DNA from: the human T2T-CHM13v2.0 reference genome, Homo sapiens
Assembly (NCBI RefSeq): GCF_009914755.1
Contig: NC_060927.1
Length of the DNA stretch: 64,000 bases
Strand: one strand, 5' to 3'
Shown: positions 40,613 to 54,790 of the stretch, one piece after another
How the letters are laid out: each line of letters starts with the position of its first letter
Numbering within the stretch: the stretch's first letter is position 1
Position numbers and translations under genes: made by a program
Notes under the pieces: model-generated
Database searches by the model: none
Seen by the model: the letters and a program-made list of their open reading frames with translations, nothing else
What the model was told of the DNA's origin: nothing

Positions 40613-43600
40613 ACCACTGTAAGAGCAGCCTCTACAAAATGAGCTGTCTTCTTTCCAGTGCACTTTCTTATCCAGAAGGTCTGTAGAAAAAAATAAGGAG
40701 CCTCTCTGATTAACAGGATACAATAGAAGTATGGAGGGTAGTTTTCCACATTATTTGTCGCACTTTTTGGGTCAGTGCTGGCACTTTATAAATCTGCGTT
40801 TGGCCCTTCCTTCATCCACTTGGACTGATTTTCAGGGTACAGTTAGCAGGGTCTACTTATGACCACTGAAGCAGAAATGCAGATTCAATGAGTAATTATT
40901 AAGAACTTTCCAGAATATTAGCTGTTTCACTTGCTGCAGTGACTAGTGATGGAATAGTCCATTAGACATTTCTGTTCCCAGCAACTTCTGAGAATTGATT
41001 CCAATCTGAAGCAGCCAACTGCTTTGATCAATATCATAATTACTCTTATTGATGGATTGTTTTACGATGGTAGCCATCAGAGCAGTCCGTCAGCTCAGAA
41101 GGCACCAGAACTGTCCCCTGCAAGCTGTAATGTACGGCAAATATCTGATTCAAATCAACTTACTATTGAGGCCAGGATGACAAGCGTGAAATTAATTGTT
41201 CCACTTCATGTAAGACCTGCATTCTTCTTTTGAGAGAGTAATTGGTTGCTGCATGTAGCGTGAGAGCTAGGGGAGCTTTCCCTCTCTGAAATGTTTATAG
41301 ACTTATTTTTTTCCCCCACCAGCTATTTTTTTTCCCCTACGCTTTTAGGTGTCAGCAATGTTGCACAGCTGCTGTTCCTGCCGTTGTTGTTTTTTTGTAG
41401 GTCTTGTCATGTCAGAGAGGATGGTTTTCTTCTAGAAAGGTTGATTGCAGACAGAGTAATTTTTTTTCATCTGAAAAGCTTATTTGTGAAAGAGGGAGTT
41501 TGCTGGCCAACATTAAAGCAAGAAAACCTTAAGAGTGTTTCAATGAGTATAAAAAAATAAATGGGCAAAGGGCAGTGGGCCCCCTGTTCTTCCATGGTTG
41601 CAATAGGCTAATTCAGAAGGTGTAATGGTCTTGCTGAGCATTTTCTGCATTCAGTTGCCTTCAGAAGCTTGTTGATGGAGAAATAATGAGGGAAATCCAG
41701 GTAGGAAGTCAAGAAGGACAATCGAAGAAATTAGAAAATGGGGATAGTCCAATAGTCCCTGGTTATTCAGTCCTCATCGACAAATTGACCATTACATTGG
41801 ATAAAATCAAGATCCCGATAGAACTTGAGAGAAGTGTTTTGAGGTATTTTTATAAGTAAATTCAAGTTCATAGCTGGTGCTGGAAGATAAAAGGGCTGTA
41901 GAAACAGAGGAGCATCAAAGCATAGTAACCTTCACGGCCTCAGGGGCTTTCTGAAACCCTGGTTAGATGGCTATCCTAGTGGAGTTGGGGATTTCTAGTA
42001 CACCAGTACTTCTAGGAATGGTAATACTTTTTGTTTTAATATTTATTTATTATGGCATTTCCAAGTTGGGCCCTGTGAGAATTGATTATGGAAAAAAGGA
42101 TTCTGTGGACAGTAAATTCCATATCCAACCAGTATTTATTGAGTGCCTGCTGTGTGTAAGCACTGTTTAGGTCCTGGGGGTGACCCAAGTAAATGAGAGT
42201 CTGAACCCCTGAAGCTTACCTTCTCATGAAAAGCTTGAGAAGACAAACAATAACTGTATACCCAAATCTGTAAGGCAGTGTCAGATAGTGTTAGGGATGG
42301 TGGATGGCAGAGGATGGCAACCTTGTCTGATGTTGGAGAATGAAGTTCAAGTAAGAGTAAGGAAGGTAGATTTGACTTCAACCCAGCTCATGAGCCTGAA
42401 GCCACCTTTACCATTAAACTTAGTTTGTCTTTGAGATGTTCTAGCAGCAGAGCTTTCCTTTACACTTTGGAAGGAAGAGATTTGATGCTATCAGCATTCA
42501 GTGCAGGAAAAAGATCCAACATAAAATACATAGCTGAGAATGTTGGGGATAGTTTTAAAGGTAAGTGATTCTGTTTCTGCTTGGTCATGTAAGTGTTTGA
42601 AAGTATTGATTGAACACTTTCATAACACCTGAAGGGATCAGAAGTGATTAATAATAAATAACCTATGATAGCAAAACTCAGAGAAGTTTAAAGCCCCAGA
42701 CAGTGCTGGCTAGGGAGGAAGATTCCGTATTACTCAGTTGCATGTGATTAGATACAGCACATAACCTTGTTAACTCATGTCTCTGCCATACTGGACTGAG
42801 GTAGCTAAAGTATTAACCTGATCACCATAATTTCCTATCTCCCATTTTCTGGTTTCTTTGGGGGAAACTTTTTCTCCTTCCATTTGATGCTGGGGTCCCA
42901 TAAGCTTCAGCCACAATGTGGGCAGGGGCCCAGGCTTGGCCCACCAATGTCTCACCTTACCCTGGAGATAGAGTTGGCTAAAAAATGGGCTTGTGACTCA
43001 GGCTAGGCCAGTCAGAGCCTTCCCTGACTTCCCTCCAGGAGCTAGTGGGAAAGATGTTATTTCCACCAGGTTGGCTAAGCTGATAGGATGAGAGCCTGGC
43101 ATGGTGATACGGACCTAACTGGCTTCTGGGATGGCTGCTGATGAAAGGAAGTCAAGCAGAGCTGAGAGTTTTGATCAAGAGAAAAACAAACACAGCAGGT
43201 GCAGCTCTGATCCACAATTGTGAGTTCTTAATTCTTTAGGTTTGCTTGTCTAAACAAGTATACAGATTTAATAGAAAAAAAAACCCTCAAAAAAAGAAAA
43301 CTTGAGATGTGCTTCCACTTAATTAAGCCACACTGGTGAGATTTCATTTCTGCTGGATGGAGAGCCGGATAGAAATGCTTTTACCGTGTGGTGGGATTGA
43401 AAAGAACTCTTCCAGAAGGATACAGCTGAGCCAAAACCAAGCCGCTTGTTCCTAGGACTCATGAGGCTCATACCATCATCTCTGGAAGCACACTTATCAT
43501 GACTGGAAGATCCCCTTAAGTAACTTTTATGATGACAGCATTGTAAATATATATCATAAATACTTTCTGTGAAGGAAACATACAAAATTAAACGTCCATT

Positions 43601-44111
43601 TAGTTGAAACAGAAGCCTGCCAATGCATTTATGTGGCTGCAAAATAGGGATTTCTGAGAAGAGTGACAAAATTTGCAGCTGCTGAAGCAAAGCCCTGCAT
43701 TCTAGCTGTTGGCTTTTGCAATGCTCAGGAATTTTCAGGCGTGTTTATGGACCAGCTGCTCTGCTAAGATTCCTTAATGTATGGGCAGGGGAAACTTGAA
43801 TAAATATGTTTCCTCCTCCTTCTCCTTGGGAATTCAGAATCTTTAGCCCTAACTTCTAAGAATTAAACCAAACAGTGTTTGATGTTTATAGACGTGGAGT
43901 CAGCTATTAGCCACTTGAACCATTTGTCAAATGGAACAAGATGTGACAAATTTTTCTACTTTCTAAACAGAAACTGTATTTGTTGTATTGTGCAGAGATG
44001 TCACACTTTGGAGCCTCTTCTACTGATCTCTTTTTTCTCTGGGAACTAGACCCCTAGAATTGACTGCCTCAAATTCTTAGCTTGGTTTTCAAGGCCCCAA
44101 GGATGTGTCTC

Positions 44112-44484
44112 TGTCTTAATCTATTTTCTGTTGCTATAAACAGAATACATGAGACCGGGCAATTTATAAAGAAAATAAATATATTTTTTATAGTTTTGGA
44201 GGCTGGGAAGTCCAGGGTCAAAGGGCTGCATCTGGCAAGGGCCTTCTTGCTGTGTCATAACATGGCAGAAGGCAGCATGCGGCAAGACAGAGGGAGCGTG
44301 TCAGTTCAGGTCTCTCTTCCTTTTCTTATAAAGCCACCAGTCATATAATGAAGGTCCCGTCTTGATGACCTTATCTAATCCTAATTACTTCTCAAAGGTT
44401 TTACCTCCAAATACCAGCAACATATGAACTTGTAAATTACATTTCCAACACATGAGCTTCGGGGGACACATTTAAATCATAACA
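44112..44484 (-). mobile_element. MaLR solo LTR (MSTC/MLT1A-like)
   Basis: TG...CA ends, perfect TSD GTCTC at 44107-44111 and 44485-44489. Confidence 0.9.
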
Positions 44485-44489
44485 GTCTC

Positions 44490-44945
44490 CTTCCCCTCAC
44501 GTCTCCTACTATTCTCCGTAGTGCTCAACAAGGCTGTGGCCATGCTGGTATTCTTTTTTTTTTCCTTAAACATGCCAAGCCCTTTCAGCTCAGGAGTTTG
44601 ACTCTCACAATCCCTCTGCCTTGAGTGCTCTTTCCCCACTTCTTTGCACACCTGGCTCATCACTCTAGTTTCAGCTCAGATATCATCTCCATTAGAGGAG
44701 CTTGCCATAACCAGGCAATCTAAAGTCTTTTGCCCAGTAACTCTGTATCATGTGACTCCGTCTCATTTCCTCCAGTTCAGCTTGTCTGAACTCTGAATTC
44801 ATTTCCTGTTTGTTCCCTCTTTCTCTTCACTAGAATGTAAACATCATGAGAATGAGGGAATAGTCTGTTTTATTCCCTGCTATATCTTTGACACCTATGT
44901 CCTGGCGCATAGTAGATGCTCAGTTTTATTTCTATTAAGAATAAA
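44490..44945 (+). mobile_element. L2 3' fragment
   Basis: cactagaatgtaaacatcatgagaa...cctggcgcatagtagatgctcag. Confidence 0.7.
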
Positions 44946-47149
44946 TGTCTAGATAGCCTACTCATTCCTCTGAGCCATGGCACCATTTAAGTAAGTTAAA
45001 CAATTTATTTTAGCATCTCTCTTCAGCTTCTCTATTATACAGGGCAAGTGGAATGGAATATTCACATGGATGCTTTGATTCTTATTTAATCCTTACAAAA
45101 CCTTTAGGAACCGAGAATACTCAAGCCCGTCTTCTCTCCACATCTGGTGTCCAGTTTTATTTTTTGGCACCCAGATTCCTTCTTGGCGCTTGTTACCATG
45201 GGGAGGAACTAAATTTGTCATTATGTGTTTACTATCTTCTTCCTCTACCAGACCCTTAGTCTTGGTCCTAGGACTGCTTTTATTAATTGCTGAATGCTCC
45301 CAGCCTGGCAGAGTGCTTGGCATGCAGTGGTTGCTCAAGGTGTTGGGGATAATCCTGAGGCCTAAACCCCTTATTCTGCCTGGTCTGGACATGGGATTTT
45401 GCAGCCACAGAATCTCCCTATCTGAACAAATATATGCTTCCCCATGGGTGGAAGAACACTAAAATTCCTCATTCACATGTGCCTTTGCAGGGATAGAAGG
45501 AGACATAAAGTCTTTCACACCCTTAGCATTGGCAGCTTAAATTCAGAAAGGTCTCTGGTCTTGTGTGTTCAGGGATACAAAGTCACATTCTACCTCTCAC
45601 TATCCTTGGTGTGTAGAGGGGAAAGTTAGGATTGTGACCCAAAATACACAGTTATACTTTGAAGGACAATATGCTAGAGTGTTTGAAATCAGGTCAGTCC
45701 TGGAAAACATGGAATGCGTGGTCCCCATACTTCCCCCACTGGAATTGCACAGACCCCCCCATGGTGCCTGACTATGTCCCATCCTAATAAGCCAGTCAAG
45801 GCAGGAGGCTCTTTGCAGCCCCACATGTGTCTCCTGGGGGCTGTGAATGCAGTTGGGGATAGGGGTTTTGGGGGAGGGAGCAGGAGTTTTGATTTTTTGC
45901 TGCTGCTCTCTAAGGAATTCTTCCATATTTCACTTTAGCACGTTCCCAGAACCCACGACAGGCTGTATAATTGCTGGACTGACATAAATCTATAGGAAGG
46001 ATGGGTAGATTTTGCTGATGTGTTTGCTTTGGCGGCAGGGCTTGGTAGACCATGTCTGCATATCATATCACAAACTCAGGCTGTGGTAGGACAGGGCAAG
46101 GAAAGCTATTTATTGTGTCTCCAAGGTCGTGATGTGAGATGGAAGAGGCATCATAAAAGAAACAACATTGAGGCAGAGAGAGTTCCCCGAAGTGGGGAAA
46201 GTGGAAAGATGAAAGAAAACATTTCCTCCCACGATGGACCCACAAGAGGGAAGCTAAAGGTCGAAGGCAGGCATTTATTCCTCTGCATCACAAATATCTA
46301 TAATTTAAACATGCTGGTTAAAACTCAGACTTTGGGAGTTTTTACCCATTGTTTCAAAGTTATGTAATTAAATATGTTCAGGCTTTCAAAAGAGATACAG
46401 GAAAATGAAAGACCTTACCAAATTGCTTAAAGAATTTTGAATTAAAAAAAAAATCCATTCATTCAATCTGCAGACATTTGCTGAGCATCCGTCGTGTGAT
46501 TAGCACTATGATTGGAGCTGGGGGACACAGGGGTAGTGAAAAGGCAGATGGTTCCTGGCCAAGCGGAACCTGTGGTCTAGCCAAGAAGAAGCCATTACTC
46601 AAGTAATTATGGTTTCCTCCTTCCAGCAACCGCATGGCGAGCCACCTCCCAGTGCTGGGAGTGGAGACGATGTTTCTTTTTTCATTTCCTTTTTGTTTTT
46701 ATGTTTGGTATACCTTTTACAAGTTTGCTTTAAATTTTTACTAATTATTTAAGTAAATCAGGAATCTGCTTGCTTATAATTAGAACATTACAGATCAGGA
46801 TTCGGCTCTTGTTGATTCCCCTCCACCCCAGGTAGTCACTATGATGGATTTATACTATGACTTTGCAGAGAAATTTTGTTATACTTCCACATGTGTGTGG
46901 TGTGTGTGTATATACTCATAGACAGCTTCTACCACTGTTCTAATACAAATGAAGCACATGCTATGCATCTATTATTGTGCAACTTGCTTATTTTATTGCA
47001 TAATACCTTTTTTATTAGTTTTTGTTGATACCTATTAAGGTAGTTGGTTAACTTTTAATTACTGAAAGTTGTGCTTATTCATAGTCCTATTTGGAAGCTT
47101 GTATGGTGGCTACTGTGTAGAGACTTGGAATAGTAAAAATTAATAGTCA

Positions 47150-47405
47150 GAAATAGTATACATGTATTAAGTGCTTAATGTTTGCCAGACAGTGTTCTAA
47201 GTCTCTCACATGGATTGTATCATTTAATTATGAGAGCATCTCAGTGGAGTAAAGGCTATTTTTACTATGATTTTACAGAAGAGGGAATCTGAGGCATGAA
47301 AAGATAAAGTAACTTGCCCAGGGTCACACAGTGAGGAAGTGATGCCAAGATTTGAAGTGAGGTGGTGCATTGCCAGAGCCCAAGATCTGTTGGTTCTCTT
47401 AACTC
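47150..47405 (-). mobile_element. MIR
   Basis: attttacagaagagggaatctgaggcat...aagtaacttgcccagggtcacacag. Confidence 0.8.
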
Positions 47406-48673
47406 CTATGATTTCTGGGATTTTAGTTGTTAAATTCAATCTATGAAGCAGTGTGTGACAGATGTGTGATTCACTGAGGGGCCAACTGGGCTGGTTTGTG
47501 GGTTTCTCAGTTTATTGATACAGCAAACACATGTTGTGCACCTTTGGTGTGGTGGATTCTGCGCTAGACCCCGGCAACACAGCAATAAGATGGAACACAC
47601 AGCCTTGCCTAATGAAACTCACAGTGAGAGATGATAATGCTGAATACCATCTACATAAGGTACGCATGATGTCTGTACCTGGCAGGGCTGGAATCTCATC
47701 CCCTCTGGCTTTATATGGTCTTTGGCCTGTGTTTTCTTTCATTTTTTTCTTGCACTTTAGATGACATTTGTTAAACTTCATTATTAATAGGGATCCATTA
47801 GCATGGTTGGAGGAAAATATGCCATCTTGTAGTGACAATGTTGCCTTCTATGTTACATCTATACAGGCAGAAGGAAGAGACCCAGCAGCATGTCTTGAAT
47901 GCCAGTGTTTTATCCCCACTTGCTGCCCAGCCACAATATGGCAAATTTGCTATTCATCCAGCCCAATCATAATTAACGTAATCGGCTCTGGTGCCCACCC
48001 AGATGTGGTGGGTGGTGTCCTCGGCTGATTACAAAGATTGCAGCCCAGCATTTTGGGAAACTGCTCTTACTTCCTGTCCTTGTATCACTTCTGTGGGCTG
48101 ATTTTTCTGCTCTTGTGTTGAAAAACGAAGTCATGGAAAGGTTCTCTTATATTGAATGTGTCTTGTGTAATGATGAAAGTTAACCACAGTGTCTGTGATT
48201 TTTTTCTTTGAAAATCAGGAGACTGGTTAAGGACAGAAGGAAGTGTAAGTCTCTCAGCTTTGAACTCTAAGCTGCATTCGTTTTCCTGAAGGCTCAGATC
48301 AAGGGAGCATGCTCATCTTTTCTTCTTATTTGGACCTAGAATAATCTTCCAGCTTAGCACTGGAAGAGGTTTAATGTCTCACTCATTTCTTTTTCTTTAA
48401 GTTTTTTCTTGGCTATTAACAGTAAAATAGAAACGGAGACATAGAGGATGTTGGCCAGACTTTTTATCCAGTATTTAGGTTTGTAATAGGCTCAGTGCAG
48501 CTGGTGGCTTTATATTAGCTGCTGTGAAAGGTATGTGGTTCTTATTTATGTATTATTTATTTTGGAAACACTTAGGTAAATTACATGACAGCCTTTTACT
48601 TTTTAGTCAGTTGAACCAAACACTACCAAGTTTTCTTTCATTGCCACAAAAACCGCATTTTAAGAGATGCATT

Positions 48674-49118
48674 TGGTTTTCTGTTCTTGTGATACTTTGC
48701 TGAGAATGATGGTTTCCAGCTTCATCCATGTCCCTGCAAACAACATGAACTCATTCTTTTTTATGGCTGCATAGTATTCCATGGTGTATATGTGCCACAT
48801 TTTCTTTATCCAGTCTATCATTGATGGACATTTGGATTGGTTCCAAATCTTTGCTATTGTGAACAGTGCTGCAATAAACATACTTGTGCATGTGTCTTTA
48901 TAGTAGAATGATTTATAATCCTTTGGGTATATACCCAGCAATGGGATTGCTGGGTCAAATGGTATTTCTGGTTCTAGATCCTTGAGGAATCACCACACTG
49001 TCTTCCACAATGGTTGAACTAATTTACACTCCCACCAACAGTGTTAAAGCCTTCCTGTTTCTCCACATCCTCTCCAGCATCTGTTGTTTCCTGACTTTTT
49101 AATGATTACTATTCTAAC
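48674..49118 (-). mobile_element. L1PA (about PA6-8), inverted 5' segment of a twin-primed insertion
   Basis: Antisense ORF2 C-terminus (ORF 48660-48941: QSKCPSMIDWIKKMWHIYTMEYYAAIK). Confidence 0.92.
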
Positions 49119-49364
49119 ACAGGAACAGAAAACCAAACACCACATGTTCTCACTCATAAGTGGGAGTTGAACAATGAGAACACATGGACACAGGGAGGGG
49201 AACATCACATACCTGGGCCTGTTGGGGTTGGGGGATAGGGGAGGGAGAGCACTAGGGAAATACCTAATGTAGATGACAGGTTGATGGGTGCAGCAAACCA
49301 CCTTGGCATGTGTATACCTATGTAACAAACCTGCACATTCTGCACATGTATCCCAGAACTTAAA

Positions 49365-49367
<3 letters not shown>
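49114..49367 (+). mobile_element. L1PA 3' UTR (non-inverted segment)
   Basis: ctaacacaggaacagaaaaccaaacacc...cacatgtatcccagaacttaaagtat. Confidence 0.92.
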
Positions 49368-49399
<32 letters not shown>

Positions 49400-49553
49400 G
49401 TGTGTATATATATATAGTGTGTGTATATATATATAGTGTGTATATATATAGTGTGTATATATATATAGTGTGTATATATATAGTGTGTATATATAGTGTG
49501 TGTATATATATATAGTGTGTGTATATATAGTGTGTTTATATACACACACACAC
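49368..49553. repeat. (GT)n / (TA)nGTGTG compound micro-/minisatellite replacing the L1 polyA tail
   Basis: Direct reading. Confidence 0.9.
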
Positions 49554-52010
49554 AGATGCATTGTTCTTTTAAATAATGCTTTTACATTTTGGTATGCATA
49601 TGAAGGCAAAAAAAAAAAGGAAACAAAGTATATCTTTTTCTCTCCAGTTAGAACCCACTACTTGAAGGATTTTAAATTTCAGACAGACTTAAAGCCTTTT
49701 GAGGTTCAAGTTTAGTGTGCTGTAAGCAAAACAGGCAGTTTCCTAGTTCAAAGAGGAAGGAAAATTTTAAGACTTATAAAGTGCTCAAAAGCCTTCTTAG
49801 GTATCAAATAGCTTTCAGAGGAAGCATTTGATGGATGAAGGACACAAGGATTAGAAAAATATGGGCCAATTTTTTCTTTATATAATCACATTTAAAAGCA
49901 GTGGAAAAAGTTCTTAGGTCTAGGGACTTAAATCAGTGACTTGGAAGTTTTTGGTTGTTGCCAAACCCAGAAAATGCCTGGTTTGGCCTGAGCTTTGTAG
50001 AAGTGAGAAGTCCTTTAGCCATCTCCACTGTGCATGAAACTAACATGAGGGATGTTGGAACATGAGATCTTAGTAATGCTTCTTAGAATTGGAGTTGGGT
50101 AATGTGCTACCTGCTGTCCATAATAAATTTACAAATATTTTTCTAGTTATTATCTCAGACAACTGAAATGGAAAATAAGGTTAAGAGAAATATGATGCGG
50201 CATCAAGGAATCATTTAAGAACTCTGATTTTCTGAATTCATGTGTTTTAGGTTTTGGAGTTTCATGTTGCCTGAAGTGTACTCTGCCCTGTGGAAAGAGA
50301 AAGGTGTTGGGTTATGGTTGTGGAGAACACAGGGCCCTCTTGTTGCATGGGTATCTTAGGAACGCAAGCCCTGACCTGGTTTGCATTAGGGTCTCCATGT
50401 TCACACCAAGGTCTGTCATGTATTCATATTTGCTGATGAGTGAGCGGGTGACTAGATGAATGAATGATTTCAGTAGCAGCCTAGTCCATGCAGAAGGACA
50501 GAATTCAAGGCCAGAGGGAGTGACCTCAGCAGGTGATGTATGCCCTTTCTTACTTTAGATTCCAATTTGGGTGTCAGCATCTGCTAGGTCTCTGCCAGCT
50601 CTTGGTTACTAGAGACTGGCTTACTCCACCATCACTCAGGTGGCCCTTGGCACTCATGTGGCAGCAGCTTGGGCACATATCAGTGGTTTACAGGAGCAGG
50701 CAAAGCAGGCCCTCTTAGGGAGAGCATGGAGGGGACAGTGGCTTTTTTTTTGCAACACTTCTCTGTCTTTTGTTGACTTTACCTTGGTGTGCCTTGAGCA
50801 TGGAGCTTGGCAGTTTGTATACATTTTAATGTGAAATGGGGGGAGGCTGTAACTAGTATAACCAGGATGTTATTTTAGTCACTGGGGCTTAAGGATGAGG
50901 CAGTGAGAAAAAAATACGAGTTTTATTAAAAAGCAAATATTAAAGTTGGTGTTTAGACATTTCCAAGTGTGACAGTGGGACTCAAATAATAGAAGTTTGA
51001 GAAACAATAGTTTTGTGTACTCATTTGTACTCAGTGTGTTTCTACCTTTTACAATTGACAGATTGTGTCTTGCAGTGTGATATATGAGGTATGGAAAACA
51101 TACTCAGCCTCCTTAAGTAACCCTTTATAAATGCTCTTTAGTGAAAGTGACTTGCTGAAGTTGCAAAGGAGGCTATGACAAACCAGAACCTCCTGTTCTG
51201 GGCTACTCGTTACAATTTAAATACATGGGTTTAGAGAGTTAATAAGTTTTCCATTGGAGGTGCAGGCTAGATTCTCTCTTCCAGTCACTGAGATGGGTGG
51301 TCATCAAGTTTCAGAAACATGGTTACTGTGTAGTAGATACCCAGTACTTCATCTTTTTAAGAGTGAAAAGTATCCTTTCTGAACCAGACAGAAGTTAGTC
51401 ACTGTTTTTCAGAACCTCAGAGTTGGATGTAAGTCTAAATTCATTTGATGCTTTTCATACTGCAGGCTGATGTTAAGGTAAAAGAACACCCAATCCCTGG
51501 CTGTTTTAAGCTTTTCTTGTGCTATATATGACTGAAAACTTAGAAGATGTTTCCTAAGTGAAATATAGAAGATGAGGTACCTGTGATGTTTTGGTGGCTG
51601 TGGGACAGGATATTCTAAGTGATTTTTCCAGAGCCCACTGCTGAGTTATTTTTTCCATCCTAAACCCTTATGATTTTTCAGGGATTTGCAATTCATCCAT
51701 ATAATGATTTTGGGGCTTAAGCTAATGGCACTAAAACATTTCAGCCTGGAAGCATGTGATGTTTTGGGGGTGTTTTTTTGTAATGTTTAAAATATGAATC
51801 CCTTTGGTTGCTCTGAGTTAGAATTGATGAAAAAATAAAGAAGGGAAAGCAAAGAAGTTAATGGTCTGAAACCTATGGTTGGTATGTGGTTCATATTCAG
51901 AATCAGAACAGTGTGCTGGTTTTGGCAATTGGGAATATTAATATTCTGAGCTGTGGCATGGAAATTTGAAAAAGACGTTTAAAGAAGCAGCTCATATGAC
52001 AAATTTTTAA

Positions 52011-52533
<523 letters not shown>

Positions 52534-54344
52534 TGTCACTATTTTAGAGATGAGAAAACTGAGGCCTGCAGAAGGAAAAGGACTTGTTCAGGGTCACCCA
52601 GCTAGTAAGTGGCAGAGCCGGGACTTGAACTCAGCCCTCCCCTTGTCTTCTAATGATTATGTCATAGGAAATAGGAAGCAGAGCACTTGGGAACAGTCAC
52701 CTTGAAGGCAGACTAAGTTTGGTTCTGAAACTTAGTGGCATGAGAATCTTCTGGAAGTATGTGGCTTCAGAAGGGAAAGCAGTGGATGGAGAAGCCCATG
52801 GAATGGGTTTTGGTTTCTCTCCTTGTTATTTTTGGGCCAGGAGGACCTGATGTGGAGAGAAGAGTTCCTGTGGCTTGGTTTGGTTCTTTGCTTTTGGGAT
52901 CCATTGAGCCCCTGCTCTGCTCAGCAAGGAAAACAGCAGTGATTGGAGCAGCCAAACCACAGTTTGGGGCCTGGATGTGAGTGATCGCTACAGGTACAGG
53001 TGAAAGAGGCCCCACCTGGATTTGAATTCCACTGGTAGCGCCTTTTCTATTTCAGGGCTGCCATCCCATCTTGGAATTCTGTGGATGTCCGAGGGGAGGA
53101 AATATTGCTGGATCTAGTGTGTGGGCCCCTCTTTTATGATTTAGCATTTCTCTATCTCTTGCAGCCTTTTCCTAATTTCTTTTGTTCTGGTGTGAGTTTC
53201 CTCTTTCTCCCATCCCTTTGTTGCATTCCTGTCTTCCTGTGTTTTAATGAAGAATAAGATAAAGAAAAGAGCACTTACTGTGTACTGCATACTAGGAGCT
53301 GGGGATGCAAAGCTAAACATTGTGGACCCCACCTTTGGGACTGCACATTCTGAAGGTGAGGGAGATGTGCCCACACATGATTGGTGTGCTGTGATGGCAA
53401 GAGTACCAACCACCATCACTGTGTAAAGCATGTAAAGAAAATCCTGCAAGGAGTGGAGGATCCTGGGCACCTAGGCTGGGGATGCAGACAGTGGCCAGGG
53501 AAGATGTGGGGAAGGAGGTGCTGTCTGGACCAGGTGTCCAGAGATGAATGGGAGTTATCTTGGCAAAAAGGAGGTGGATGAGTTTTTAAAAGCAGCTTCA
53601 TGGAACAGTGTTAGGGATAGAAATCACTTGTTTTTTGTTGTTTGTTTGTTTCATGAATTTGATTGATCAAAGACACTTAAAAATACAGAAAATACTTAGA
53701 GGAAAGTGTCTGACACTTGAGAAAAGACCTTAATACATGGTCTCTGTTGTGTTGTCATTATTTAGTAGTAATCATAATAATATTTAGCAGATTTTGGCCC
53801 TGGGCAACAGAAAAATAAAAGCATTCCTTGGCTTGTTGTACCAGAAGCTGAAGCAGCTAGTCTGGGTTTGAGCATGGAAAAAGCCATACATGAACACCAT
53901 CTCATTCAGATCTTGTGATGCTTAGGCGTGAAAGCGTTTTTTAAATTCTTCTCGTGTTCAGCATTCTCCTCAATTGTTAAATTGTTAAAGCAGCCTTTAG
54001 CAAACTTATCTAGGTGCTGAATTTGTAAATATAAAAGAGAAAGAGTTTCTTTTCTCTATTTTAACAGACAACACTGTTTCATAATTTCATTTTGGAGATG
54101 ATTTAGCTTTGGCTATTGTTTTAATCTCACAAGCCTTGCCTTATATAAATATAGAACAGAAATACTGTATAGCGAGTGTTGCAGGAATTAATCGACCTGC
54201 TTTACGCATTTGCTTGACACTGCTCTTGAATATACCCCACGAGTTGGCTTCCACCATTGCCACCATTCAACAAGATGTTGACGGTCTTCATTCTTGAACC
54301 ATGGCTTTGTCAACCATCCGTAGGAGACCCATTTCAGCTGCTGA

Positions 54345-54790
54345 TGGTATTTCTACTCCTGCATAACAATTTAGGAGAAATCAAGTGGCTTAAAACGACT
54401 CCCATTTATTATCTTACAGTTCCATAGGTTGGAAGCCTGGGTGGGCTCTGCTGAGTTCTATGATCATCATTAGCACAAGGCTGAAATCAAGGTGTCACCT
54501 AGGTTAGCTCTTATCTGGAGGCTCTGGGAAGAATACTCTTCCATGTTCGTTCAAGTTGTTGGCTGATCTCAGTTCCTTGCAGCTATAGGACTGAGGTTTC
54601 TATTTCTTTGTTGGCTTTCAGTCCAGGGCATCTTGCAGCTCCTTCAGGCTGCCCTCATTCCTTTTGACACAGCCTGCATCCATCTTCAAAACAGTGCACT
54701 GAGTCCCTCTCAAGCTTCAGCTTTCTCTGATTTCCCTTTTTGTCACCCGTTGGAGGAAGCTCTCTGCTTTTAAGAGATTTGTTTTATGTA
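54345..54790 (-). mobile_element. MLT1 (E/F-like) LTR
   Basis: gtggcttaaaacgac..ccatttattatcttacagttcc...aggctgaaatcaaggtgtc..tctggaggctctgggaagaat. Confidence 0.8.

Noticed and set aside
49205-49715. Tyr/Ile/His/Thr-rich ORFs
   Set aside because: Translations of the GT/TA minisatellite
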